A DNA stretch of 64,000 nt from NCBI RefSeq assembly GCF_964204865.1, contig NC_135260.1:13888001-13952000 (forward strand), given 5' to 3'. Of this stretch, positions 24,401-35,501 are shown piece by piece. Below the pieces are notes generated by a model. It saw only the letters and a program-made list of their open reading frames with translations. It searched no databases and was not told where the DNA came from. Source of the DNA: Styela clava (taxonomy: Eukaryota). Positions within the stretch are counted from its first letter, which is position 1. Each line of letters opens with the position of its first letter. The translations under genes were made by a program, and so were the position numbers.

Positions 24401-25000
24401 GTATAAAGTATTGCCATGGTCTTCTTTTGATCAGTGTCTCACATCCTAAATCGATTTGAAAGGTATTCCCCGATTTTGTATCTGTCTTAATTTATTGTGT
24501 TCTTTTGACTGTTTTTGGTGGACGGGCACGTAGTTGTACGTTTTTAACTTTTTTCATTAAGTTATGCCCGTCCTTCAGGTCCTCTGCATTTCGTTTGTCC
24601 GTATGTTGTTGTTTTGTTTCTTTCAGAGTGACCAAAATAAGATTGATTGATGAGTATCAGATTGATAGGATTAATAAACATTTATTTCATCATTCATAGT
24701 AGCCACCCCCTACGAGTTTTATATTGAATACCGAGTTTAAGAGTGTGCGCAATGCATTTGAATCAACAAATGCATCTGGATCACAAACTAATTTTTTATT
24801 ATCATGTAGGCTACTACGAGTGGTACCGGATTTTTTTACCTCTACCATCTGAGTAGATGTAAAAAAATCCTTTCTTCATGACTTGATTTAAACAGAAAAG
24901 TAGGCGACGTGACAGGTTCAATGTCGCACCATAGGTCCGAGCAAAATGGCCTCGCCTTCATTTCAAAACAATATTTTGAGCCTCTGGGAAATCAATCAAG

Positions 25001-25325
25001 CGCGGTGGTGTGTCTCATCGTGCTAAGCGTTAGGAAAACGCTTGCCACCTTTGATTACTCTGCGCGGGTTCGCAAGGTTCGAACCCCATGCGGGGATAGT
25101 TATGTGCGAGAGAATTTCTGGACTTCTCGTCGCCGTGGGGTGGTCCACGTAACCGCTGGTCGGTTACGGTTTCTTTAACACCATCAAGTCCATGCTTGAG
25201 AAAACAAATAACTGATTAATCCCATACCCGACATGGAATGGTAACCGGGCGAGAGGTCGTGATTCGCCATAGGGTTAAGCCGTATTATCGGTTCTCCTCC
25301 CCCCCGGAATAAATATGTATATCCA
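25001..25325 (+). mobile_element. tRNA-derived SINE (most complete copy in the window)
   Basis: B-box GGTTCGAACCC at 25076-25086 with an A-box-like segment upstream; the body recurs at about 7070-7285 (-) and 11855-11945 (+); ends near aataaatatgtatat. Confidence 0.7.
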
Positions 25326-27490
25326 ATACAATATACAGATATAGGTACCTCAATATGATCAACATGGACTGGTACCGGTAACCGGAGTGAAACTGTGATT
25401 GTCATATGAATAATCCGTTCTATCGGCTCTCATTTAATTAAATATCAAATTTCATCTTGTATCTTACCAGATCTTTATCGGACTGGGTGGACTTAGTGAC
25501 CTTTCGACCTACAGAGATATATAAATATATTTCCAGTTCAGTTTTCCACCAAAGATATATATACCGTATTTCCAGGCTAATAAGTCTACCCGGCAAATAA
25601 GACGATGTCTATTTTTAGCACTCAAAAAGAGGGTTTTTCCAATAGCCGTCCAATAACACGGGGTAGAAAACTTGCTTCTCTGTTGGTCAGCTAAAGACTA
25701 CATGCGCTAATAATTTTATATTGTTAGAATTAATCATGTTTATTTGGTAGAATCAAACTCACAGAGTTAACTATTCTCAAAAATAAAGCGGTAATTTTAA
25801 GTTAAAAAGTGGCAATCATTTTGGATAACATATAATTTTATAGGGTAATAACCAGATCATGTTTGTTTGGTAGAATCATACTCACAGAATTAATATTTCT
25901 TCAACAAACGGAACGGCTAAACGGAAGGGTCCTAAATCACTTTATCTCCGTAGCCGTGTTTCTCCTTAAAGTACGAATAAGGGAGGGCGTGAATAGGGAG
26001 GGGGTGCTTCATGACACCAGTCAGTTATCACTACAAGGGAGTTTTTAAAGAATATGACAGATAACAGCTGCCAGTACAAAGTTAATTATGCATCATGATT
26101 GGAGACTCTTTTAATCGAGTACATGATAAAAAACATCAAACCAAATATAAGATTCACACAAATCCTGTTCTAAACTTACCTGCCCAATAAGACGCCCCCC
26201 CCCCCCCCAAATAAAAGGTGGTTTCGATCCCACCACTAGAAGGGGGCATTAAGGCATAACTGGTCATGAGAATAAACGCAACGCATTCCAGCATTCCGAG
26301 TCAGACGTTAGGATTAGATGACTAGATCCCAGGGAGCAGGAAAGCTGATGCCCCAGCTATTCCCTCTATTTTTGTGTGTTGTCTATTTTTGCATACGTTT
26401 CGAAACTTGAGGGCAACCCAGTTCCCCGCCACAGACAAGGGTAGGGTAGCAGCCTATAAGTCGTGAATCCAGAGAGGTACCGTAATGCCCTAGAGCCTGT
26501 AGAGCTGGGAGGCGGACAACTCGACTACACGGACAACTCACCAGAGACAACTCGACTACCTGGAGACCTGGTGAGTTGTCCGTCTTTTCGCATTTTCTAC
26601 GATGGTGTTTTAGGTCTATAGAAAAGCGTTTTTGATGTTTTTAGTGCTCAAATGTCGAGAAAAATACATAAATATTCTCTAGAAAGCATTTTTATTTGTA
26701 TAAGTGGCTTATTTTAATCATGTTGTATGAATACAAATACAGTCTACAGACGAAATTGGAGTAACGTTAGCGAAGTTAGACTGTTGACTTATAGGACTGT
26801 GTTCGTTTAATTTTATGAACTTTATTGGTATTAAATGTTTTGAATGAGCACATTTGAATATATTAAAACCTTTATACTTCACAGTAACACTTAAATATTT
26901 ATGAATGTGAGCTTAGTAGTCTGTGATTGCAGTAGTCTAAACTCGCCAACGGCAGTCGCCCGTCAACTCACCAGCAAACGCTCTGCGACGTGACGTCATC
27001 GATGCTCGAGGTAAAGACAACTCGACTACCGAGCAACGAGAGGCAGACAACTCACTAGTCGAGCAATCGCTCTGCGATATAGATGCTCGAGGTAAAGACA
27101 ACTCGACTACCGAGCAACCTCACTAGTCGAGCAATCGCTGTGCGATATCGATGCTCGGGGAGAAGACATTGCTTTGCAAAACGCAGACTCAATAGTTGCA
27201 TAGCATTTACTTAGTGCCGACTGATATTAGTTGTAAGCCAACTCACCACGGCAAGGTTTCAGTCATAGAGTTGGAATTTCTTTTTGCAGAAGAAAACCAG
27301 GAACAGATAGGCACTGTCGCTGCGCCTGGCAAAGAAACTGGGCCGAAGAATGGATAAATTTAATATGATATTTGAATACTAAACGTTATGGGGAAATTTA
27401 ATGGATGGAAGGTTTTGTTTTCTTTTTCGTTACGAATATTGAATTTTATTTGAATACTAAACGTTATGGGAAATTTGCTGCTTTACATAC

Positions 27491-27983
27491 TTACTCTTTG
27501 CAATACTGCGGCCCGTAGATCCTTGAACACCTCCGAAGAAGAGAGTCCACAGATAACTCTCCTTCCTTAAACTGTTCCCAAACATGTTGCACCCTCTCGT
27601 TGGCTTCCGCATACCTGCCGTTGACACGCCCCACAACATTCTCTTCCAAAATATCCACAACGTCCACCTCTATCCCTATACTTACCTCGTACATTGTTGA
27701 GATTAAACTGTAAAAAGGCATATTTTTCCGAGTTATACTGTTGAAATGGCGGTGCCAACCTTCCAGATGATTGTTGGTTCTTATTTCTACGTCGAATACT
27801 GACCAATCCTTGGGAGTCCAGACACTGTTGTATAACCATGTGTTTTGAAAATATTCGGCGAAGTTCTTGAGATCTTGAGTATGCATCTTTTCTTTCAGTG
27901 ATTTGAACCTGGACGTGATAAACATAGCAGGTATATAGCACAGCGCCATGACATGCTTTATCAGGTCTCTTGTCCCAGCGTCC
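27491..27983 (-). pseudogene. Inverted duplicate of the last MULE transposase exon
   Basis: 152-aa ORF identical to 28549-29007 except one V/A change; includes the splice acceptor but no upstream exon. Confidence 0.92.
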
Positions 27984-28002
27984 CTAAAACAAAATAAAAC
28001 AC

Positions 28003-29007
28003 GACGCTATAGTAAACGGTGCACGTCACATAATCTTCTCAACAAGAAAACAACTTTCACTCCTGTCGAAGTCAAAAAGCTGGTATATGGATGGGACGTT
28101 CGACGTGGTTAAAGACCCATTTTATCAACTTTTTTCTATCCATGCATTCATCAGGAGCGGCGAATGCTCGAAACAAATTCCGTTTGTTTTTGTCCTTATG
28201 TCCCGGCGCAGGAAAATTGACTACGTCCACATCTTCAATGTAATTAACAACCTACTCACCCTTTCGTTTTCCGGTGCACGTGTGAAGAGATTCGTACTGG
28301 ACTTCGAAGCCGCAACGTGGCAAGCACTTTCTTCAGTATGGCCGGACGTCGAAAAGCAGGGATGCTCTTTTCACTTCACTCAGGCCATCATGAAGAATGT
28401 GCGCCACAATAATTTGGCTCGCCTATACAACAAGTGAGTGGTTAACCATATTTATATATATGTCTTTGTACTTCTTCCACTTCTTTTGTTTTAACATGTT
28501 TTATTTTGTTTTAGGGACGCTGGGACAAGAGACCTGATAAAGCATGTCATGGCGCTGTGCTATATACCTGCTATGTTTATCACGTCCAGGTTCAAATCAC
28601 TGAAAGAAAAGATGCATACTCAAGATCTCAAGAACTTCGCCGAATATTTTCAAAACACATGGTTATACAACAGTGTCTGGACTCCCAAGGATTGGTCAGT
28701 ATTCGACGTAGAAATAAGAACCAACAATCATCTGGAAGGTTGGCACCGCCATTTCAACAGTATAACTCGGAAAAATATGCCTTTTTACAGTTTAATCTCA
28801 ACAATGTACGAGGTAAGTATAGGGATAGAGGCGGACGTTGTGGATATTTTGGAAGAGAATGTTGTGGGGCGTGTCAACGGCAGGTATGCGGAAGCCAACG
28901 AGAGGGTGCAACATGTTTGGGAACAGTTTAAGGAAGGAGAGTTATCTGTGGACTCTCTTCTTCGGAGGTGTTCAAGGATCTACGGGCCGCAGTATTGCAA
29001 AGAGTAA
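28003..29007 (+). pseudogene. 5'-truncated MULE transposase (catalytic domain; exons 28003-28433 and 28515-29007)
   Basis: RHIIFST..QL.LL..SWYMDGTF, VLDFE, GCSFH (CxxH), YFQNTW, RTNNHLEGWH; GT-AG intron 28434-28514 joins the frames; the N-terminal DNA-binding region is absent. Confidence 0.92.
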
Positions 29008-31131
29008 GTATGTAAAGCAGCAAATTTCCCATAACGTTTAGTATTCAAATAAAATTCAATATTCGTAACGAAAAAGAAAACAAAACCTTCCATCCATTAA
29101 ATTTCCCCATAACGTTTAGTATTCAAATATCATATTAAATTTATCCATTCTTCGGCCCAGTTTCTTTGCCAGGCGCAGCGACAGTGCCTATCTGTTCCTG
29201 GTTTTCTTCTGCAAAAAGAAATTCCAACTCTATGACTGAAACCTTGCCGTGGTGAGTTGGCTTACAACTAATATCAGTCGGCACTAAGTAAATGCTATGC
29301 AACTATTGAGTCTGCGTTTTGCAAAGCAATGTCTTCTCCCCGAGCATCGATATCGCACAGCGATTGCTCGACTAGTGAGGTTGCTCGGTAGTCGAGTTGT
29401 CTTCACCTCGAGCATCTATATCGCAGAGCGATTGCTCGACTAGTGAGTTGTCTGCCTCTCGTTGCTCGGTAGTCGAGTTGTCTTTACCTCGAGCATCGAT
29501 GACGTCACGTCGCAGAGCGTTTGCTGGTGAGTTGACGGGCGACTGCCGTAGGCGAGTTTAGACTACTGCAATCACAGACTACTAAGCTCACATTCATAAA
29601 TATTTAAGTGTTACTGTGAAGTATAAAGGTTTTAATATATTCAAATGTGCTCATTCAAAACATTTAATACCAATAAAGTTCATAAAATTAAACGAAAACA
29701 GTCCTATAAGTCAACAGTCTAACTTCGCTAACGTTACTCCAATTTCGTCTGTAGACTGTATTTGTATTCATACAACATGATTAAAATAAGCCACTTATAC
29801 AAATAAAAATGCTTTCTAGAGAATATTTATGTATTTTTCCCGACATTTGAGCACTAAAAACATCAAAAACGCTTTTCTATAGACCTAAAACACCATCGTA
29901 GAAAATGCGAAAAGACGGACAACTCACCAGGTCTCCAGGTAGTCGAGTTGTCTCTGGTGAGTTGTCCGTGTAGTCGAGTTGTCCGTCAGCCGTAGAGCTG
30001 AAAGATAGTACGGTAGCGCGATAGAGGTAATATATGTAACTCGCTAGTTGTAGGGCAATTGGGGTTAAGTTAAATTTTATAATCAATTAAGCTAGCTTCA
30101 GGGGAATCCGCCTCGATCCCGACCGCATATTTCGGAATCGATAGATTTTGGAAAATACCACAAGCGTTAGAATACAACAATTCCGCTAGTATATCTGTAT
30201 ATAAGCGGAAAACCTATAAACAATCCTCGAGAAGACCCCCAGGTTGATTTATGGACGAGACGTTTAACCTCTTTCACACCGGGACCCTTCAAGCCTCACT
30301 TCTGTAAAACTCCGTCTTTAAAGCCCCCTAGTCTTATTTCAAAACTATGAAAGACGTTAAATACGAACGGCGATCGTGTACCGGTATATTAGGAAATCCT
30401 ACTCCCTATATGATTCTGCCAATGTTAAATACTTATAGAGAGTCTTGCACCTAGTATGATAAAACCGTTGGCCGACTATACCCACCGATGCCCAACGTGC
30501 GAATACAAAACCCCGTATGTCTGTATGTGTCAAACTCTAATGTAGAGTGGATTGTACATAAACCTGTTTTTAATGCTTAAATATTTTTTGTATGTACATT
30601 TTTTCTGGTCAAATAAATTAAATATTAGGAAAGCTGATGCCCAGCTATAAGTATAGGGCAGCCACGATTAAACCCCATGTATTCGTATTTATTTACGGTT
30701 GAACCATAACCTCTCGTTCGGTTGCCAAATCAATGTAGAGTACCGTATAGCTGTATAGGGTTATTAAGCCAGTTATTACTGTATTAATGTAGGGAATTGA
30801 TGGTTGAACCGGTAGACTACCGATGATGGGTTACGGTAGTGACGGGTCAGCGGGTACCGGTACCGTACCGGTACGTGGGCGCTACCGGTACCCTACGGCC
30901 TGCGGTAGGTACCGGTACGGCGCGAGAGCCGATAAGTCCAGCAATCTACTCGCACACAATTACATCAGTGTTAGCAATTTCTTTCTGTCTTTTGTTTGGA
31001 TGTAACTTAACGTTAGTTACATTTGATAAAGAAATGCATTTATTACTGTATCAACTTTTCTCTGGAAATTGTTAATATTTTTATTGTTAATATTTTAATT
31101 TTTAATATTTTAATATGTTCATTGTTAATAA

Positions 31132-31158
31132 ACTCTCTCTCTCTCTCTCTCTCTCTCT
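31132..31158. repeat. (CT)n microsatellite
   Basis: Uninterrupted ct run read directly. Confidence 0.9.
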
Positions 31159-31322
31159 TTTGTTTAAAGTTCTAGTCTAATATTTCAGTAATTCCAAATT
31201 GCCTCAATCAAAGCCTACCAGTACAGAATGTGTTTTAGATCTGTAGATGAATAGGATCCTACAGTCCCGAAGCTGACAGTTGACAGAATCTTCAGGGGTC
31301 AGGGCAGTGTTCTCAAACCTAG

Positions 31323-32230
31323 AGGCCAGACTGGATTCCATGGCAGGTGCACGCCCAAAGGCGCTAGCCCTCCGCAAAAATGCACGCGAGCGAATTCAAT
31401 TTTGCATGCCGAAAATTTGCGATTGCTCACCAATGTAAATCAGTTTAAATGGTTTTAAAATCAATCATTCCAGCAATATAAAGATGCCAAAATATTATAA
31501 CTCCACCATTGTCGACTAATACTAGCTTGCAAGATTTGGTCTGATCGAAAAATTGCGAAGCAAAAAAGACCATATCGTGTTGAATAATAGGAATCCTGTG
31601 AGAATAGTTATGGACGAAAAGATCGCCTCAGCACCAACGCTGGCCAGGTACGGCTCTGATTCATCGTATTTTTCATACAATAATTTTACACGAATGTACT
31701 GAACAGTACTGGTATCTAAAGTCGCACAAACACTTTCAAAATTAGTGACGAAGTATAAAAATGATGTTTGAGGTCAAAGGTCAAGCGTCCATTTTGCTCT
31801 AATTTGACGTATTTTTTATCCATTAATTCTACGTAAAAACACTCCCAAAATTAATGACAAAGTAAGTCAATTTTGCTCTGGTTCAATGTATTTTTTTATC
31901 CAATAATTTTACGCGGATGTACTGAACAGTACCGGTATCCAAAGTCGCACAAACACTCTCAAATTTAGCGACAAACTGTAGAAATAATGTTTGGGGTCAA
32001 AGGTCAAACGTTCATTTTTGCTCTGATTCAACGTATTTTTTATCCGATACCAGTAATTTTACGCGGATGTATTGAGAGGTATCTAATGTCAAAGTCAGTT
32101 GCACGCGGGCGCAGTTGTTTTGCACGCTGTGAGCTATAATTGCATGCCAGGAATTCTTATTTGCACGCAGGCATTTCTGATTGCACGCCCGATTTCTCGT
32201 TCAAAAAGGCCATGACATCCAGACTGGCCT
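31323..32230. mobile_element. Non-autonomous TIR element (hAT-like) with an internal degenerate tandem duplication
   Basis: 22-bp TIRs aggccagactggattccatggc vs the reverse complement of 32209-32230 (19/22); subterminal tgcacgc repeats; internal direct repeats about 31682-31835 and 31905-32050; no clear TSD. Confidence 0.65.
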
Positions 32231-32253
32231 ACAGGCAGACAGGGCTACAGACG

Positions 32254-32504
32254 GGAGGCGGACAACTCGACTACACAGACAACTCACCAGAGACAATAAA
32301 AATGCACTTATACAAATAAAAATGCTTTCTAGAGCATATTTATCTATTTTTCTCAACATTTGAGCACTAAAAATATCAAGAACGCATTTCTATAGACCTA
32401 AAACACCACCGTAGAAAATGCCAAAAGACTGACAACTCACCAGGCCTCTAGGTAGTCGAGTTGTCTCTGGTGAGTTGTCCGTGTAGTCGAGTTGTCCGTC
32501 AGAC
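32254..32504. mobile_element. MITE derived from the same MULE family as 26508-29991
   Basis: Begins ggaggcggacaactcgactacac like 26508; the last 200 bp closely match 29790-29990; TSD not recognisable. Confidence 0.88.
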
Positions 32505-33405
32505 CTATGATTGTTCTTTTAACAACAATTTGAAAGTTATTGATTTTATTTTCTAGTAGATTTTATTGTTTATTTTATATTCAAATTGAACCCACTTGAG
32601 TAATGTCAATTTCAAAGACTTGCCCATGCAGCCATGACAAACAAGCGTTCTCATTTAGTGCAGCAATCTGACCTTACTGACTTAAAAAGATTTCCTGTTG
32701 AATAAATGTGAAGTAAAAATTACTGTTTTTTGTTATTGATAATTCAAGTATGCCACTATAAATAAACCTTAAAAATATTTTTGGGTCATGAGATTTTACA
32801 AAAAGTATTCCCAAAAAAGCTTGGGTCACTTGAAAAAAATGTTGGAATGTAACCACTGGCAGACTGGGTTAAGCTACTGTATTGATAGACACAATCATTT
32901 ACTGGGCTACATATTATTCTTATTTACGGTAGTCATTGCTCTATACTTAACTAGCTGGATTTCCACCTCGTTTAGAACAAACTTCCAGATTGTGCTCTGC
33001 GATCGGCTGTTGTCGCTGCATCATGAAAACTTTGAATTTTTTGATATTCTTCTTTTTATAATTTTATTATTCAACTGCTTCCAAGGCAACTGAACATCAA
33101 ATTTTGAATTCGAACCATTATATGTCACTTTGTGGTCTAAAATATTCTGTGAATGATGTTATTACAGTATTAAGTACTTCACTTGTTGAATTAAACAACC
33201 AAACAGTACAATGCTGGAATGTAGGCATTTTGTTATCCATCAATAATACATAAATAAAATGATTTAAACTCACCCTTATTCTGTTATTATATCCCTATAT
33301 ACAGCATGCAATTATAGTGGTATAGAAAGTTTAAATAAAAACATTCTTGATATAGATAGAATATTTGCGAAATATTCATAGTACATACTGACATAAGAGG
33401 CCATC

Positions 33406-34713
33406 ATGTCCTCAGAAGGCAAAGATCGCAAAGTTGCATACTTCTATGATATGGACGTATCACATTTTCACTACGGACCTGGTCATCCCATGAAGCCTCA
33501 CAGGCTTGCCCTTACACATAGTCTTGTTCTGCATTATGGACTGCAAAATAAAATGCAAATGTATAAACCATATCGTGCAACTCAACATGATATGTGCCGA
33601 TTCCATTCAGAGGAGTATATCAATTTTCTGCAGAGAGTAACACCGATGAACTTACAAGGCTTCACCAAAAACTTACAAATGTTCAATGTTGGCGATGATT
33701 GTCCAGTTTTTCCTGGACTATATGATTTTTGCTCAATGTATACTGGTGCATCTTTACAGGCAGCAACTATGCTGAACAATAACAAATGTGACATAGCGAT
33801 AAATTGGTCTGGTGGGCTTCATCATGCGAAAAAATATGAAGCATCAGGTTTCTGCTATGTCAATGATATAGTAATCGCAATTCTTGAACTTTTAAAGTAT
33901 CATCCCCGTGTCTTATATCTTGATATTGATGTTCATCATGGTGATGGTGTTCAGGAGGCATTTTATCTAACTGATCGAGTCATGACTGTTTCATTCCACA
34001 AATATGGAAATTATTTCTTTCCTGGAACGGGTGATATGTATGAATGTGGTGCAGAAAGTGGGCGGTATTATTCTCTGAATGTTCCTTTGAAAGATGGCAT
34101 CAATGACCAAACATACCATCAATTGTTTAAGCCAATTATGCGTGCTGTGATGGAGTCATATCGCCCAACTTGTATTGTGATGCAATGCGGAGCAGACTCT
34201 CTTGGATGTGATAGATTAGGATGTTTCAATTTAACCATAGACGGACATGGAGAAAGTGTGAAATTTATGAAAGAGTTTGGAGTTCCACTTATGTTCCTTG
34301 GTGGGGGAGGATATACTGTAAGAAATGTTGCGAGATGCTGGACATATGAAACCTCAATCATAACAGGTCAAGAAATAAGTGATGAATTACCATACAATGA
34401 ATATTTTGAATTTTTTGGGCCTGATTATGTCCTGCGCCCAGATACAAGTCAAAGGGTTGAGAATCAAAATACCAAACAATATCTCGACATTCTCAAACAG
34501 ACTGTTATGGAAAACTTGAGAACGATTGCTCATGCTCCCAGTGTTCAAATGCATGAAGTCCCTCCTGATCTTTTAACATTTGAAAACTATGAAGAAAACA
34601 ATGATTTCGATGTTCGAGACCCTATTTCTCAACAAGAGCAAAGGATCGAAGCCGATAATGAATTTTTTGATGGGGATCAGGATAATGATAAGGAAAGTGA
34701 TGTTAGTATATGA
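33406..34713 (+). CDS. HDAC3: Histone deacetylase 3 (single coding exon, 435 aa)
   Basis: [73 protein letters not shown], and the HDAC3-specific tail [13 protein letters not shown]. Confidence 0.98.
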   Translation: MSSEGKDRKVAYFYDMDVSHFHYGPGHPMKPHRLALTHSLVLHYGLQNKMQMYKPYRATQHDMCRFHSEEYINFLQRVTPMNLQGFTKNLQMFNVGDDCPVFPGLYDFCSMYTGASLQAATMLNNNKCDIAINWSGGLHHAKKYEASGFCYVNDIVIAILELLKYHPRVLYLDIDVHHGDGVQEAFYLTDRVMTVSFHKYGNYFFPGTGDMYECGAESGRYYSLNVPLKDGINDQTYHQLFKPIMRAVMESYRPTCIVMQCGADSLGCDRLGCFNLTIDGHGESVKFMKEFGVPLMFLGGGGYTVRNVARCWTYETSIITGQEISDELPYNEYFEFFGPDYVLRPDTSQRVENQNTKQYLDILKQTVMENLRTIAHAPSVQMHEVPPDLLTFENYEENNDFDVRDPISQQEQRIEADNEFFDGDQDNDKESDVSI

Positions 34714-35501
34714 TTCAAATTCTGTCTGTCCTGTTATGTCAGATTCTTGATGTTATACCTTTGACCATTTGCTGTGACTGCCATTGGATTGGAATGTCCA
34801 ATAGAAATATTCATATTTTAAGTCGGGACCAAAAAGATTATGCCATTTTCAATTGAAATGAATTAAGCAATAATCGACACAGACTGTTTGCCAGGATACA
34901 GCAACAAATACTTTTGTCAATTTGCTCAATGGTCTGCATCTCTAAATGGTGATGAACAATGAATACTCAAATTTCGAATGACTGCAATTTTATTGAAACA
35001 GTATTTATCTTTTTTGTTGCAGCCCTATTGGTATTTCAATATAGATTTTGATTTCCATGCTACTTTGCCACCGATATAGCGCTTTCTACTTTGTATATTC
35101 TAGTCACTTGTATGTTTTTGGAATGACAGAATCATTGCTATTGAAGTGATTGTGATTTGACTGAATTTTTTTTTTTTCATATCGAACCCTTTGATTGATT
35201 TATTTGAAAATAACTAAATTCAAATGTTCAAATGTTTTGTTTGTTGCTACTAGCTAGTTGTATTAGCATGTAGTATTGATCTTCATTTTAATTTTTATGA
35301 TATGTTGTGGTTGTATGTGAGGTTGCTATTAGTACAATGTGCAACATACGCAGGTTTTTGTTCTGCTGAAGGTCACATATTTTGCTAATCATTTTTTACG
35401 TTTTTAATATTGTAACTCTGGAATACTAATGAATTCTATTGCCTATTGGTGAATAATATTGTTTTAATATCTATATTTAAGATAACAGATATCTTGGAAT
35501 A

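Larger units (their letters stand above)
26508..29991. mobile_element. Mutator-like element (MULE), palindromic non-autonomous derivative
   Basis: Perfect 9-bp TSD gtagagctg (26499-26507, 29992-30000); inverted arms 26513-28001 and 28497-29985; subterminal GACAACTC(GACTAC/ACCAG) repeats; MULE transposase fragments inside. Confidence 0.95.
26361..30626 (+). mobile_element. Degenerate non-LTR retroelement-like remnant (about 0.77 kb) hosting the Mutator-like insertion
   Basis: Flanked by the direct repeat aggaaagctgatgcc(c)cagctat (26338-26360, 30627-30648). The 3' part has traces of L2/CR1-group ORF2 C-terminal motifs (ILGNP....ILP; P.C.T..YK) and ends in aaataaattaaatatt. Confidence 0.4.

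Noticed and set aside
26341-26410. ctgatg...cgaaac as a hammerhead ribozyme core
   Set aside because: The core reads CUGAUGC rather than CUGANGA and I could not build the three stems.
26513-27130. Recurring GACAACTCGACTAC / GACAACTCACCAG units resembling a CRISPR-like array
   Set aside because: Irregular spacing, short units, eukaryotic context, mirrored in the other arm and in the MITE: these are MULE subterminal repeats.
27567-28931. Twin 124-aa and 67-aa ORFs as separate genes
   Set aside because: They are alternative frames of the duplicated transposase exon with no recognisable motifs.
26508-29991. Palindrome as an assembly or chimeric-read artefact
   Set aside because: The arms differ at several positions, the tips differ in a family-specific way and a perfect 9-bp TSD flanks the unit. 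Long-read confirmation is still advisable.
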